DNA from: Pseudovirgaria hyperparasitica
Lineage: Eukaryota
Reading direction: 5' to 3' (one strand)
Assembly (NCBI GenBank): GCA_010093815.1
Contig: ML996568.1
DNA length: 64,000 bases
The translations under genes and the position numbers were made by a program. Below the pieces are notes generated by a model. It had not been told where the DNA came from, did not search any database, and saw nothing but the letters and a program-made list of their open reading frames with translations. Numbering within the stretch: position 1 is the stretch's first letter; the number at the start of each line of letters is the position of its first letter. Below, piece by piece: positions 38,134-51,372 of this stretch.

Positions 38134-41100
38134 ACACGGAGAGGTAGCGTTAGGCTTAGCTTAAGTAGTAACTTCGCGAACTCGACGAAGCGTAAGGACG
38201 AACCGCTAGACTTAAAGCCACACTACGCGCTTTAGTACTAGTAGTAACTAATCTATACTAATATAGACTAACTTAAGCTAAAATAGTCTAACCAAGTCTA
38301 TTACTATCCTAGTTACCTTAGCCTAAGAAACCACCTTACTTTAATAGTAAAACCAGGAGGAGCTTTCACGAATAGACTTACTAGTATAGCCGATTCTTCT
38401 ATCTATTCACGAACGATAGTAATAAGATTAGATTCGTATAGAACTACCTAGACCTAACGCTATCTAAACGTTAGATGGTATATCGAATTAAACACTCTAA
38501 GGATGCGTATAACTAGGACACGTTTACCGAATTCCTTCTTTAATACTTCGGCAATAGAGCCGAGCGACACGAATAGGCTTAGAGCCATATCTTTAAGACT
38601 TAATAGCGAGAGAGATAATCCCCGTTATAACTCCTTAAATACCTCTAACCTCTTTAGAGAGAAGCCGAGGAAGATTATATAGTTTAATAATATAATAACT
38701 TTAAAAGGTCCCTTAACCCGAGTATAAAGGAACGTATCGACCTTATAACGTCTATCTCTACTAACCTTTAGGCACTCGCGAATCTCGTAGAATAATATTA
38801 GCGTATAATAAATAACTAACGTCGTATAGGCGCACGACTATCCCTATTAATCTAATCTAATATAAAATCGTCTAAAGAGGACCGGTTTAGTAATAGATTA
38901 CGCGGAACACCTCGTAGGCGCTACTACTCTACGAACTCGAGAAGACGAGGCCCGTACCGCGGATCTTTCTACTAGTCGATATATCGAGACGTAAGAAACG
39001 ACTCGTATAAATGATCTAAAGTTACCTACTATACCTATAGTAGGATAGGCCATATAGCACCCGAGTGCCGCTTAGGGAAACTACTAAATACTAATATAGA
39101 TACTAAGTTAGTTATATACTATAAGTGCTAGTAGCTAGAACATATCGCGCCTAACTACCCGGTATATAATATAAAAAACTAACTACCTATAAGGAACCCT
39201 CGCGACTTATAGGCGTAACTAAAATAGAGGGATAACTAGCTAACTAGTATATTAAACTATAGGCTAGGCCTATTAAGGTCCCTCGTGGATAACATTAGAC
39301 CGTAATACTTAATAGTAGTTTAGCTACTAACATTATATCGACTTAACGAGCACGAGAACTTAACGTCGATATTTAAGTACTAATAGATACTACCTTCTAT
39401 AGTATTAATAGTCCTATTAAATTATAGGGTACCTATACTATTAAATACGGTATCTAGGATAGCGGGGGGAAGTAGAAACCCTACTACTTAACCTTTATCG
39501 TGGTAGATAGTCCCTTCGATATAATCCTTAGTATACTATAGCTCGAAAAATATAACCCGAAACTAGACTTCATCTAGAAAACAGCTGGCTGGCGTATATA
39601 CCTACTATAATAGAACCTAGTATAGCTAGTTAACGACGAACAATTCTAGAAGGACTACGAAAAGATAATCTCCGCTATCTATGTCCTCTTACTTACTTAA
39701 AATAGAGAGCTTAGTATTAAAGTAGATGAAAACCTACTATATTAGTATAAAATATACTAACATATCGCGTTAGCGATCGACTCGTCTAAATTACCTTAAT
39801 ACCAACCTACCGACCTTACTATTAACCTTAAAGATAGTTAATAACCCCTACACGGACCTATCTACCCTCTATTAGAACCCGAGCTATAGGTCCTCCGAGA
39901 ATATATTAAAAAGAACCTTATATAAGGATAGATTAGGCCTAGTATATCCCTAGCTAGAGCTCTAATTCTCTTTATAAAGAAGAAGGATAGAAGTCTCCGT
40001 CTATATATCGACTACTATAGCCTAAATAACATCACGCGAAAGAATTATTATCTACTACCTCTTATCTCTAAGTCTATTAATAGACTAGAGCGCGCGAAGA
40101 TCTTTACTAAGCTCGATCTATACGACGCCTATTACCGCCTATATATTAAGAAGGGCGATAAGTAGAAAACGGCGTTTAGGACCCGTTATAGATACTTCGA
40201 GTATATAGTAGTCCCTTTTAGACTAACTAACGCGCTAGGAACCTTCTAAGCGTATATTAATAACGCGCTAGTAGGTCTACTCGATACGACGTATATTATA
40301 TACCTTAATAATATTCTTATCTTCTCTAATAATGAAGAAGAACACATCTAGCACGTACGCGTAGTCCTAGATAGGCTAGAAAAACATAAGCTATATATTA
40401 AGCTATCTAAATATAAGTTCCACTAGGACCACGTTAACTTCCTTGGCTTCGTTATTACTAATTAAGGTATAACTATAGAAAGGGATAGAGTCACTACTAT
40501 CGTGGACTGGCCTAAACTAAAATCGGTTTAAGATATACGTGTCTTTATTGAATTTACTAATTACTACCGAAAATTTATTAAGCATTTCTCCCGGCTAGTA
40601 GCACCGCTTAACGCGCGTACTACTACTATAGATTCGTCTATTACGGTCCGCGGTAGATAGAAATAGTATAATATTAAATTATAGCCTATAGAATTATCGG
40701 AAGGCGAAAGGGCCTCCTTTAAGAAAATTAAAGAGGCATTTATAACTACCCTATTACTAGTGTACTTCGACCTAACTAAATCTATCCGCGTTAAAACCGA
40801 CGTGTTAGAATTTATAATCTTAGGTATTCTCTCCTAGCCTAGACTAACTAAGTCTAAAAAGGTCTAATAGTATCTAGTTACGTTCTTCTCACGCAAAATG
40901 GTTGATGTTAAGACTAGATATACTATCTATAACTAAGAGCTACTAGTAATAGTAGAGTTATTTAAATAGTAGCGATATTATCTTAAAGATACCATATATA
41001 ACGTCGAGTTACTAACTAATTACTATAACTTAAAGGGGTTTATAAGTACGACGGTTTTAAACTATTAATAGATCTAATAGGCTAAGTAGCTTACGAACTT

Positions 41101-43000
41101 TTACTTTATAATCTACTATTAATCTAGAAGTATAAACCTAGCTAATAGAATATTAAGAAGACCTAACTATAAAGAAGGCGCCTAGGATTATAGTAGCCAT
41201 AGAGTCCTAGAGTAGCTATAGGCCTAACTCTTAAGGACGAGGTTAGATTTTAAGTTATTAGGCGATTAGCGAGATGCTAACGTTAATGCTAGTAATTAAA
41301 TCTCTAAGACTAAAGCCGGTAACTAAAGACGCGGTACCGAAGTCCCTAGTAGACCGTTTATTAGCGCTATCGGGAAGGGCGATAATGCCCGGCGTAAATA
41401 TCTAATTAACCTCGCCTAGTTAATCGTGGATCTATAGAAGATAGACCCGATAGTTTTAAAGTTATATAAAATATAGTAAGATAGGTTATTACGGACTAAA
41501 GTAGACTATAAGTGGACCTTCGTAGACGGCTTACTTTACTATAATAGAAAGTACTATATACTAACGGGTAACGCGTAATTTAACGTAGTTAGCTAATACT
41601 ATAACGCTAACCTAGTAGGATACTTTAGGTATATACGTACCCTAAGCTTAATTTATTAGTACTATTTTTAGGAAGATATACCCAAGTACGTTAAAGAATA
41701 GATAGCTACTTATCTAATTTATTAAAGAATAAAGGCCTCTAGGTACAAGCTATATAGGAATTTATAGCCTCTTTTAGCCCCCCTCTTTATATAGGAAGAC
41801 GTTACTATAGACTTTATAGTTAACTTATCTCTAAGTAAGATACTTAGGATAAGTTATAATTCTATTCTTATTATCGTGGATAGACTTATAAAGATATCTA
41901 GGTATATCCCGGTATAGAAGACGATTATATCCAAAGAACTAGCGTAGGTGTTCTAGAACGAGATTATTAAGGTCTATAGTATACTAAAAAGGATCGTTAT
42001 AGACCGAGGAAGTACCTTCACGTCTAAATTCTAGACGTTATTCTACGAAATAGTAAGTATAAATAGAAATATATCTATAGTATTTTATCCTTAGACGGAT
42101 AGCTAGATAGAGTAATAGAACTAGACGCTCGAGGCCTACCTATGTATATTCTATAATTTCAAGTAGAACAACTAGGCCTCCCTACTAAGCATAGTAGAGT
42201 TCGTATATAATAATAGTCGTTATAGTATAATAGATATTATACCTTTCTAGGCGAACCTCGGACGTAGTCTAAGGATAGGTTTTAAGCCTTAGACGGTCTA
42301 ATTTAATCGAATAATAGACGTGAACGTCCACGCTTAGAAATTAGCAATTAAAATCTTCGAAACCGTACATAACTATCACGCTATAATCTAATAAGTAAAC
42401 GACTCGTATACGAAGTACTATAATAGGTTAGCTAAGGATTAGACGTACGAGGAGGGCGATAAGGTCCTTCTTAATATCTATAATATACGAACGTCGTAAG
42501 TAAATAAGAAGCTTAATTATAAAATGGCTAGTCCCTTCCGAATTAAACATCGCATTAGTATAAGAGTCTACGAGCTCGACTTAGAAAGTAATATAAGAAT
42601 CTATAACGTGTTCCACGTCTTACTACTCGAAAGATTTCGACCTAACGTGTATAGCCGCACGAACGTATAGTTATACTCTATTATACCCTAAGATAGACTA
42701 GACGTATTCGAAGTGGACTATATTATCGAATATAGGATTAATAAAGACGGTGTTTAGAAATATAGAATCCGTTAGAAGGACTATACTAAGAACGAGGACA
42801 CCTAGGAACCAGCGGTATATATCTTAAGTTCTATAATAGCTGCGTATAAGTAAAAGATATAGAATAGCGTATTATTAATATAAGTATAGTAACGTCGTGG
42901 TCGTCGTAAAAAGAAGAAGGATACTATAGAGAACGAAGTACTAAACTAGGAAATCCAGACACGTACTAGGAAAACTCTATATAGTAGTCCTATAATTTAA
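38134..43000 (+). pseudogene. gag (continuation) and pol of element F; gag 5' part at 18963-19296
   Basis: Gag CCHC at ~39117-39160; RT ([34 protein letters not shown] after de-RIP); RNase H; IN; chromodomain DVFEVDYII...WKDY...TWEP (~42700-42815). Confidence 0.88.
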
Positions 43001-43439
43001 GCGTTATATAGTTACTAGACGCGAAGAAAGCGTAAATAACCATTTTAGGAACGTAACGCGACATACCATAATAGAACAATATAGAAGAGTCTAGAATAGA
43101 CTAATATAGACTATTATACACGAGAAAAACATAGAACTAAGAACCTAAAAAAAGGTACCCTACTATAGAATTAAACTCTTAATACGAAATATAAAAGGTT
43201 AGAGTACCCGAACTAATAACTACTAGGCTACTAGTTTAGGTACTCTAATAGAATTCATAGAGATAAACTAATTTATATACGGTGCCTACACTTAGGTAAC
43301 TTAAGGAAAATTAGAATGTAGAAACCGATAGTCATAAGCTAAGTAAGCGCACATATAATATCATTAAGTTAAGAATTAAATTACTAGAAACTAGCCGACG
43401 GGTATCTAAACGGTCTAAAAAGGACTAAAATAGATAAAA

Positions 43440-43600
43440 GCCAGGTAAATAGAGCCGGCACGCACTATCTATAGTAGATCTAGAATATATAGAGCCAGGC
43501 ATAGAGCTAATATATAGAGCTAGGCACAGAGCTAATATATAGAGCTAGACCATAGAGCCAACATATAGAGCTAAACCTATAGAGCTAGAACCATAGAGCT
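43440..43600. repeat. Tandem array of 12-13-bp AGAGC(C/T)-containing units downstream of the F antisense gene
   Basis: Repeats of AGAGCTAGGCAT / AGAGCTAATATAT; far fewer units at the equivalent E position. Confidence 0.8.
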
Positions 43601-44910
43601 ACTCCTCTATCTTATTATCCATCCTAACCTCTAGTATAGTTCTCTCTAACTACACGATATAGCGGCGGAGGACGACGACCTTAGCCTCTAGAGTAATAAC
43701 CCGATCTATTAGAGCCTAGAGGGAAGAGCCTTAAGCGCCGGAGCGTAGCGACTAGGTCTAAAGTTAGCTAACACGATCTAGAATAATCTAGAAGAGAATA
43801 TATACCCTCTTACAAGGCGACTTAGAGGGAGAAATAGTAGACCTCTTATAAGATCCGTTAGTAGCGCGAGATAGATAGGGGGGGATAGAGTAAATCCTCT
43901 CTACGGCCTCTATAGCTAGAATAGACTCCCTAGAATAGATAGCCTAGGCGCTAGGGATCTCGCGGCGGCTAGAAAAATTAATAGGTGTTAAAATAATTAA
44001 CGTGCTCATAACTTATACTTTAATAACCTCTAGGAAGAGCTTATAGCGCTCCCTAAACTCCCTCTATATAGTAGGTAGACGGCTATAAGGACCCCCGAGG
44101 GTCTCACGGACGCGAAGGTCGTTATATATATCTTATATATATATAGGAACCTAAGAATATATTAGCGCGGACCACTTTAGATTATACTAGATTAAGATAG
44201 CCTATTATACTTACCTATAGATAAGTCTTACTAGTTATGGTATAGCGGTAGTAGCGGGTAGATAGAGTAAAGATAGGGTATATAGGCCCGTCGCGGTTAG
44301 TAGAGTAGTAGCTAATACTAGAGTTAGAGCGAAAGAGATATTTAGAGCCGGCTATATAGCCCTTAATATACTCATAGTATATTGAACCGTAGTTCGCCGT
44401 TTTCCTATAGCGTAAACCGCGACTACGTTTAGTATCCTCGGCGACCTAGGCCTTATTATTAGTAGGCTAGAGTTTAGAGCAAATATTAAGGTTCTAAAAG
44501 AACCTAGAGCGACTAAATCGGTCTATATTAGACCGGAAGGAAGAGCGGCGAGGTAGCGGCGTAGGTAAGCGTAAGGGCTCGCGATTATCGTCTATAACGA
44601 GATCTTCTTCATCCTCTAGAGAAGGTAGAGTAGACGGTATACGCTTTAGAGCGAGAGAAGAACCTACGACCACTTTATCCATAAGTTTAGTACTAGAATT
44701 ACCTAGATTAGAGTGACTAGTAGCTATATTAGTAGTAGAGGCAGTAGTAGTAGTAGCCCTAGCTACTCTCTTCTCTAACTTAGAGCGCGCCTTCGTACTA
44801 CCGCGATAGATAGACTTCTTAGCCGGTGTGGCTAGGGAGGAGGCGATACCTTTAGAGCGAGTCTTACGAGAGGAGGAGGCAGGCTTAGAGATAGGACTAG
44901 TATTAGATAT
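43599..44910 (-). pseudogene. Antisense, intron-containing accessory gene of element F (homolog of 10199-11503)
   Basis: Colinear with the E gene; retains GTAAGT donors at 44214 and 45099 where E has ATAAGT. Confidence 0.65.
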
Positions 44911-45627
44911 CTATATATATACGTTAGCTAGAGATCTAAGGAAGGAATATTTATCTACTCTTAACGGCGATTAACGAAGCTAAATTAGTAACCGTAATAA
45001 CGCGAATAGGTTATATAGGACCGGTTCTAATAAGAATAGACTACTATAGACCCTTCTAAACCTAAACTAGGGAAGATAGTATATAAATTAATGACTTACC
45101 TTAAGAGCGAGGTAGATATACTAGAGAATAAAATCAAAGGTAAGCGAAGCTAAATATATACTCGACCAAAGTAGTAATTACGTGTCCTAGGTAGTAGCTA
45201 TAAAGCAAGGGATAAGCGCGTGTATAAACTAGTAAAAGTAAACTAGAATCTCGAGTTCATCTATATTAAAGATGGTTATAACGTTATAGGAACTTAGTCA
45301 CGGATATATAGATACACGATAGATTATAGAGACTTAGAATTATATATACTTAAGTGCTTCGGGGCGAAGTATTAAAGGAAGAAGGATATTATTAGGACGG
45401 GAACTATAATAGACCTATATAGACTATTCTAATCTATATAGCCACGTAGTGGCTAGAGCTAGGTTAAGTTAGCTAAGTTAAGCAAGGTTACTATATAAGT
45501 AGACTATATAAACCGATTCCTACTCGTTAGGAATTAACCTCGTATAAGAGTAAGATTACTCTATAAATATATTCCTATGTCTCTCTATGAACTATTAGAC
45601 TACTATCCCATATCTTTACTCTTTATA

Positions 45628-45723
45628 GTTTAGAAAGCTAGGGGAAGAAGCCCACGAAGTTACTAACTTAGTCGACTTTCGAAATTTACATAGCGGGATC
45701 CGTAGAAGAGAGAAGAATGTTAA
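45628..45723 (-). pseudogene. Fourth (most 5') visible fragment of the SF1B helicase ORF
   Basis: In frame with 18683 across TSD GTTTA; expected to continue beyond D copy 3 / H copy 2, outside the window. Confidence 0.7.
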
Positions 45724-46126
45724 TGTTAGGCACGTAAGGAGCACGTAGCCTGCTAGTTAATTCTATATGTATGTAGTAGTCGTATATAAGTAGTGTACTC
45801 CACCCTTAAAGTAGTAGCTTTAAGATTCGGTCCTTTTAGTATAGTTAGTTAGTATATAGAGTCTACCTCCTTATATAATCTTAAAGCTACTATAGGGTTA
45901 CGGGTTTAACTCTCGGTCTAGTTAACTATTATTAAATTTCGTATAATTCCGTTTAGCTTATCATATTACGTGTACTTTATACACGTAATAGATAACATGG
46001 TAGTAACATTACTATGGTAAGTTAGCGTGTCTAGTACTAGAGGCGGCATTACGAGTATTGGTTATATGTATATATCGTTTATACTAGGCCCGTTACGGCT
46101 AGTTTAGTTTATCTTTCGTAAGGTAG
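45724..46126 (+). mobile_element. TRIM-like D copy 3 (5' LTR 45724-45875 plus interior), interrupted by H copy 2
   Basis: Reverse complement of ~16660-17050; the LTR carries a 12-nt insertion near its start. Confidence 0.92.
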
Positions 46127-49100
46127 TATAGAAGGCCGCTCCTACAGCCCTACATGTATGTATCCCTAGCTCGATTACATGGCTTTATTATATATTTAAG
46201 GAGGGCGTTTTCCTTGGTCATTCTACTCGGCGCGCTTCCCCCATCACTAATATTCGANNNNNNNNNNNNNNNNNNNNNNNNNNNNNNNNNNNNNNNNNNN
46301 NNNNNNNNNNNNNNNNNNNNNNNNNNNNNNNNNNNNNNNNNNNNNNNNNNNNNNNNNNNNNNNNNNNNNNNNNNNNNNNNNNNNNNNAGAGATACTTATA
46401 AGTTCGTCGCGACTACTATACTAGGAACATAGCTATTTATAAAAGGGACACACGTAGTAATAGCTTACTATAATTTTAGAGGTTGTACCCGGACTACGAA
46501 CTTATAGAGGGAGATTAGGACTCTAAAACTAGCTTAGGGGAAGTATATAGCGTGTCTAATAAGATAGTCTAGACTTACTAGATTAAAGCCATGAGTCCGG
46601 AAAATAGAGAGTCCGGAGTCGCTAGGGGCTAGCCTCTTAAAAGTAGCTGTAAAAAGTATACGTATACTAACACGGGTGATAGCGCGACTCGAAAATGTCT
46701 TAGGGGAATAGAATATAAAATAGGGCTAGATGAAGTAGTAAAGAAGAGTTTAAAAACGATAAATATAACCTGTTTAGTACTACTATAGCTATCATTTATA
46801 AACACGGTTACACGAGTATACTACTTTAGGAACGCCTTATACGAAGATAATAATATAAGTAGGATACCGTGAACCTTATATCGATAAAGATAATAGTAAT
46901 AGTTTACCTTATAAAGGGATTAGTTAATATAGAGAAGGGATAATAGGTGTTATAGGTAGACGTATTAGGCCAACCTTTAGTTAAGGTAATCCCTTAACTA
47001 ATAACCTTACCCCTAGCGTCTCTACTAGTATACCTACTACTAGTAATAGTATGATAGAAGCTTAAAATAACGACCTAGTAACTCGTAGAGAGATGCTTAA
47101 CTTCTTCATAGTATTTGCGCGATAAGGAAGGATAGTATCTCTATCTACCCTAGCCCCCGAGCGCTTTAAAGGAATAAATATTACAGCCTTCCTTCGGAAG
47201 TACGAGAATATATATATAAACTACGAAGTTCCGCCTAATAAGAAGATAACCTCCCTACCATTATACTACGAGGACTATCTCCGTCCTACTATTAAAGGAA
47301 TAAGTAGGTTTTAGAAATAGTAGTAGGCCACGCTACGTGAAGAATTATTAAAGGAATTCTCTCTATTTAACTCTACCCTTAAGGAAGGTACTATCTACTT
47401 TATCTAAAAATACGTGGAAATAGTTAAAGTAGACCCATTCTACTCTCTCCCTATATACTACTCCTAGTATTATATTATTATAGAGAAACTTACGGCTAAA
47501 GGAAGTCTAAGCTTATATTCGTAAATAGAGCTCTTCCTAGAAGGGCTACCTAATAGTCTTAAGGCTTAGGCTATAGAGAAATGTTAACTCACGATAGAAG
47601 TATATAGTTATAACTAGGTAATTATCTATGGCTTCGTATTACGAAAGGCTAGAGTATATAAGGAACTAGCTTATATTAATAAGTACTTAGCCGTATAAGA
47701 GCTAGCTATAGCTATATACTATAAATTAAAGATAGAGAGTAAGAAGACCGGCTTAGAAGAGTAGTTATATAAAGAAAGAAGAACTAATAAATTTAACNNN
47801 NNNNNNNNNNNNNNNNNNNNNNNNNNNNNNNNNNNNNNNNNNNNNNNNNNNNNNNNNNNNNNNNNNNNNNNNNNNNNNNNNNNNNNNNNNNNNNNNNNNN
47901 NNNNNNNNNNNNNNNNNNNNNNNNNNNNNNNNNNNNNNNNNNGAACTAACGTAAGTTTATCCATAGAATTATATATAGAATAGAGAATACGTCTCTACCC
48001 GAGACTCCTAAGGAGGCGTTATAGCCTAGAATAGGCCTCGAAGACTAATTATATATATTACGTACGGAGAAGATTACCTAATATATAGATATCCGGAGAT
48101 AGTAGGATATATTAGAGACGGATTACTAAATATTAACGGGGTATAAGTATTCCGAGGGCGTTTCGGGGCGAACGGAGAAGAAGTCCTATTACTATCCTCC
48201 TTAGTAGAGCTATAAGCTACTCTATAAGCTATCCGGAACTACATAGTAACGGTTTAAAATGGTCTAAGCTAGTACGGAGGAGGAGTAAAGGTTTCTACGT
48301 CTATAGTAAATATTAACGCTTTATAGGGAGTGCTAGTATATAGTATTAGTATAAAACCTACGAAGGGTCTCTACTAGGCCTTAGCGGATAGCGATTTAGA
48401 AGAAGAAGTTATATCGCCCGAGAGTAAGAAAGATAGATATATAGAATTCTACGAACGCTTTAACGTAGCTAGTAATAGATATATCTATAAGGAGATAGCC
48501 CTAGAAGAGCCTACTATACTCGTAATATCTAGAAGGGGGATTACAAAGAGTATATCTAATCGTACTAAGGAAAGAAAGATCGCCCGTCTCTACGGAATGC
48601 GTAAAGGGTAGTATATAAGGATTATTAAGGAATAGAAGAATAGTAAGAAGAGTAGCGACTAGGGAACGTCTAAATAAGAGCTAATAGCGCTAGAGGATAA
48701 GATAGATAAAGGGGATAGCCTAAATCCTAGTTAAAAGGCACGTATCTAAGGTGTTAAGCTTAATAACTATCTACGCGAAGGATAGCGGCTAAGTATAGAA
48801 GCTAGCGAAGTATAGCTAGTGCGCGTTCTAGGGATAACTATAAATATTACTATTAGCGAACTATTAAGCCTTAATAGTAACTTATATTATATAGTATTTA
48901 AGAAGGGCGCCCCTAACTTTATAGCTAGAGAGGTCTATAAGGCTTAAGAAGAGAGAGCTAAGAAGAAAGAAAGAAATAACTATACTATAGCTCCCGAGAT
49001 AAATAAACTTAATATATTAGTACCCCTCTATACTATAGGGACGGCTATCACGTAACGAGATATTAATTAGCTTAAGAAAGGGATAGTAAGACTAGTAGCT

Positions 49101-50774
49101 AAGTATCTAAGGTACCCCGTAGAAGTTAGTTCTAAAAGGGCGACTAGTATAGTACTATTTAATAGTGGTGTATAGGTAAATAGTATTCGACTAGATACTA
49201 TAAGGCGTCTTAGGCTAGTAATATCTTCGCTTCTACTATATATAAAGAACTCGAGTTTAGTTAGCGCTACTTAGTATAGTACTCTATTTATAGAAATAGT
49301 ATAGTAATACCCTATCCGCATAGGTCGGATCGTTATAGCCACTTTAATATTTATATATAGCGAACTTAATTATAACCTTATCCTAGGGAAGCTATATACT
49401 AGATAGGCCTTACTTACGGTATAGAGGTTAGCCTCTAGATAAGTACTCTTAATAGTCTACTCCGTATATAGATAAGAATATATAACCTTTAAAACTAGTC
49501 CAGATAAGTATATTCTAGTCTTAGAGAAGGAGGGTAACTCCGTAGCTAGAGACTAACTATATAGTAGAGTATATCGCCGGAAGCCGGAGTTAAGCCGGAT
49601 TATTAGTTAAGGGCTACCCTTAACTAATAATCCATACTAAATAGAGTCCGGTAAACCTACTAACAAAGAGAATAGGCTATACTTTTATATAGATATAGAA
49701 ATAAGTTATATAGAGTTACTTTCCGAGAAAATCCGGCCTAAAAATATTACTTAGTTATTAAGAAAAGATAACTTAGCCGCCCTAGTTACGGTAGTAAGGT
49801 ATACTACCTTTATATATAAATAAGGCATAATAATAGAACGGCTTATAGTAGGCTCTACCGGCCTCTAAAGATAGTATTCATCCAGGGTATTAAAGGGATT
49901 TAGTATAGCTACTATATATAAAAGAAAGGGAGTTAAAGTATACCCTATAGATAACTCCGAAGCCCACCGAAAGGTTCCTAGGAATCTATTAGGGTATCTA
50001 GACTAGCGTGAACGAGTAATCGCACAGTAGATACTTCTTCTAGCCGTCTACCTAGGCCTTAACGCGTTTAATAGGCTAATAGAGTCTTAAAGGGTAACTA
50101 TCCCGCTAGGAACACGTCTAACGCCTCTACGTATAAGTTAGCTAAAGATTAGAATAGAGCTACGTCCTACGGAACTTAAGTTACTATATATAATCTTATT
50201 ATATCGCGAGGAAGTACTAGTATAGGAATTCTTATACCTTAGTAAATTTAATAAAGAGGTGGTACCTCCGTAGGAGATCCGAACGGTAGAACATAAGATA
50301 TAGTAGACTAAGAACTTTAATATTCCTAGAGCCCTTTATAGAAAGGTACTTACGATCCTAAAAGAGCATCTTAATAGCGGAAGGCTTAAGCCCTATAGTA
50401 GTCCTTATTAAAACGCCTATTTTCTTATAGAAAAGAAGAAGGATGTAATGGATGTGACCAAGGTGTTACTACAATAGCAATTAGAATATATTATAATTTA
50501 ACTTAGAGAGAGTAGGGGTGGCTCATATAGGTTATAGCTTAAGTATAGTCTTAAGCGAGGTCACGTGATACCCCTATACTAGTCTCTATCTATCCCGGCT
50601 CCGTCATGTAACGCTAGAGATAAGGTAAAGCCGAAGTCCATAACATACCCTTATTCTCTAGGGTTATCTTAGGGACCGGCTTGGTATTTCATGTAATAAT
50701 AACCGGCTCGGTTGGGTCTTGGGTTTACGGTCTTTATATCGTACTATATAATAGTAGTAGGGCTATATATTACG

Positions 50775-51250
50775 TCTAGTAAGGTAGCTATATCCTATAG
50801 TCGCGTCTCGGTCGCGTAATAGAGGAGGGTTCCTCTATAACGGCGTCGTTAGTTATATAATCGCATGGTAGTAGTACCTCGTGGTTACGTCCTAGCGGTC
50901 ACGTGGCGGAGAAAGGTTCCTTATATCACGGCGTTATTAGTTATGTAATCGCATGGTAGTAGTATCTCATGGTTATATTCTAGCGGTCACGTGGCGGAGG
51001 TGGGTTCCTTATACTATGGCGTTATTAGTTATGTAGTCGCATGGCGGTAGCATCTTATAGTCGCGTTCTAGCGGTCACGTGGCGGAGGTAGGGTATCCTA
51101 CGCACGAACCGCGCGTCTTATTTATTATTACCCATTTTAGGACCGGTTCTTCTCCGGGCTAGGGGTTAGATAGTAGTAGTAGGGTAGCTTACGCACGACC
51201 CGCGTTTATTATTATTATTATCCATTTTAGGACCGGCTCCACCCCGGCCT
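50775..51250 (+). repeat. Tandem repeats in the A 3' region (~3.5 x 88 bp, then 2 x ~60 bp)
   Basis: TCGCATGG units start at 50861, 50949 and 51037, each containing GCGGTCACGTGGCGGAG; second unit TACGCACGA...CCATTTTAGGACCGG occurs twice. Confidence 0.88.
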
Positions 51251-51372
51251 ATACGATTTTCCCTAACGCGAGTATATAGGTCCCACGTCTAGCGACTTTC
51301 TTCTTCTTTAACTACCATTACGCCTACTATCTCGACACCGCGTAGTAGCTACCACGATATTAGTAAACTCGC

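Larger units (their letters stand above)
18684..45627 (+). mobile_element. Chromoviral Ty3/Gypsy LTR retrotransposon F (sister subfamily of E; ~8.1 kb net), interrupted by H copy 1
   Basis: 238-bp LTRs at 18684-18921 and 45390-45627; TSD GTTTA (18679-18683 / 45628-45632); PPT AAAGGAAGAAGGATAT; interior colinear with E. Confidence 0.93.

Noticed and set aside
39173..39180. AAAAAAC -1 frameshift heptamer at the F (and E) gag end
   Set aside because: Plausible position, but the A run may be produced by G>A mutation; cannot be supported without a consensus.
44494..44682. 62-aa - strand ORF
   Set aside because: A fragment of exon 1 of the F antisense gene; already covered by that feature.
45736..45747. 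12-nt insertion in the D copy 3 LTR as a tiny mobile element
   Set aside because: Looks like a local GCACGTA duplication or repair scar; no termini to define an element.
46154..47964. ORFs containing X runs (46154-46432, 47719-47964)
   Set aside because: Artefacts of N gaps.
43440..51250. Tandem repeats as CRISPR-like arrays
   Set aside because: Eukaryotic TE context; head-to-tail units without unique spacers; no cas genes.
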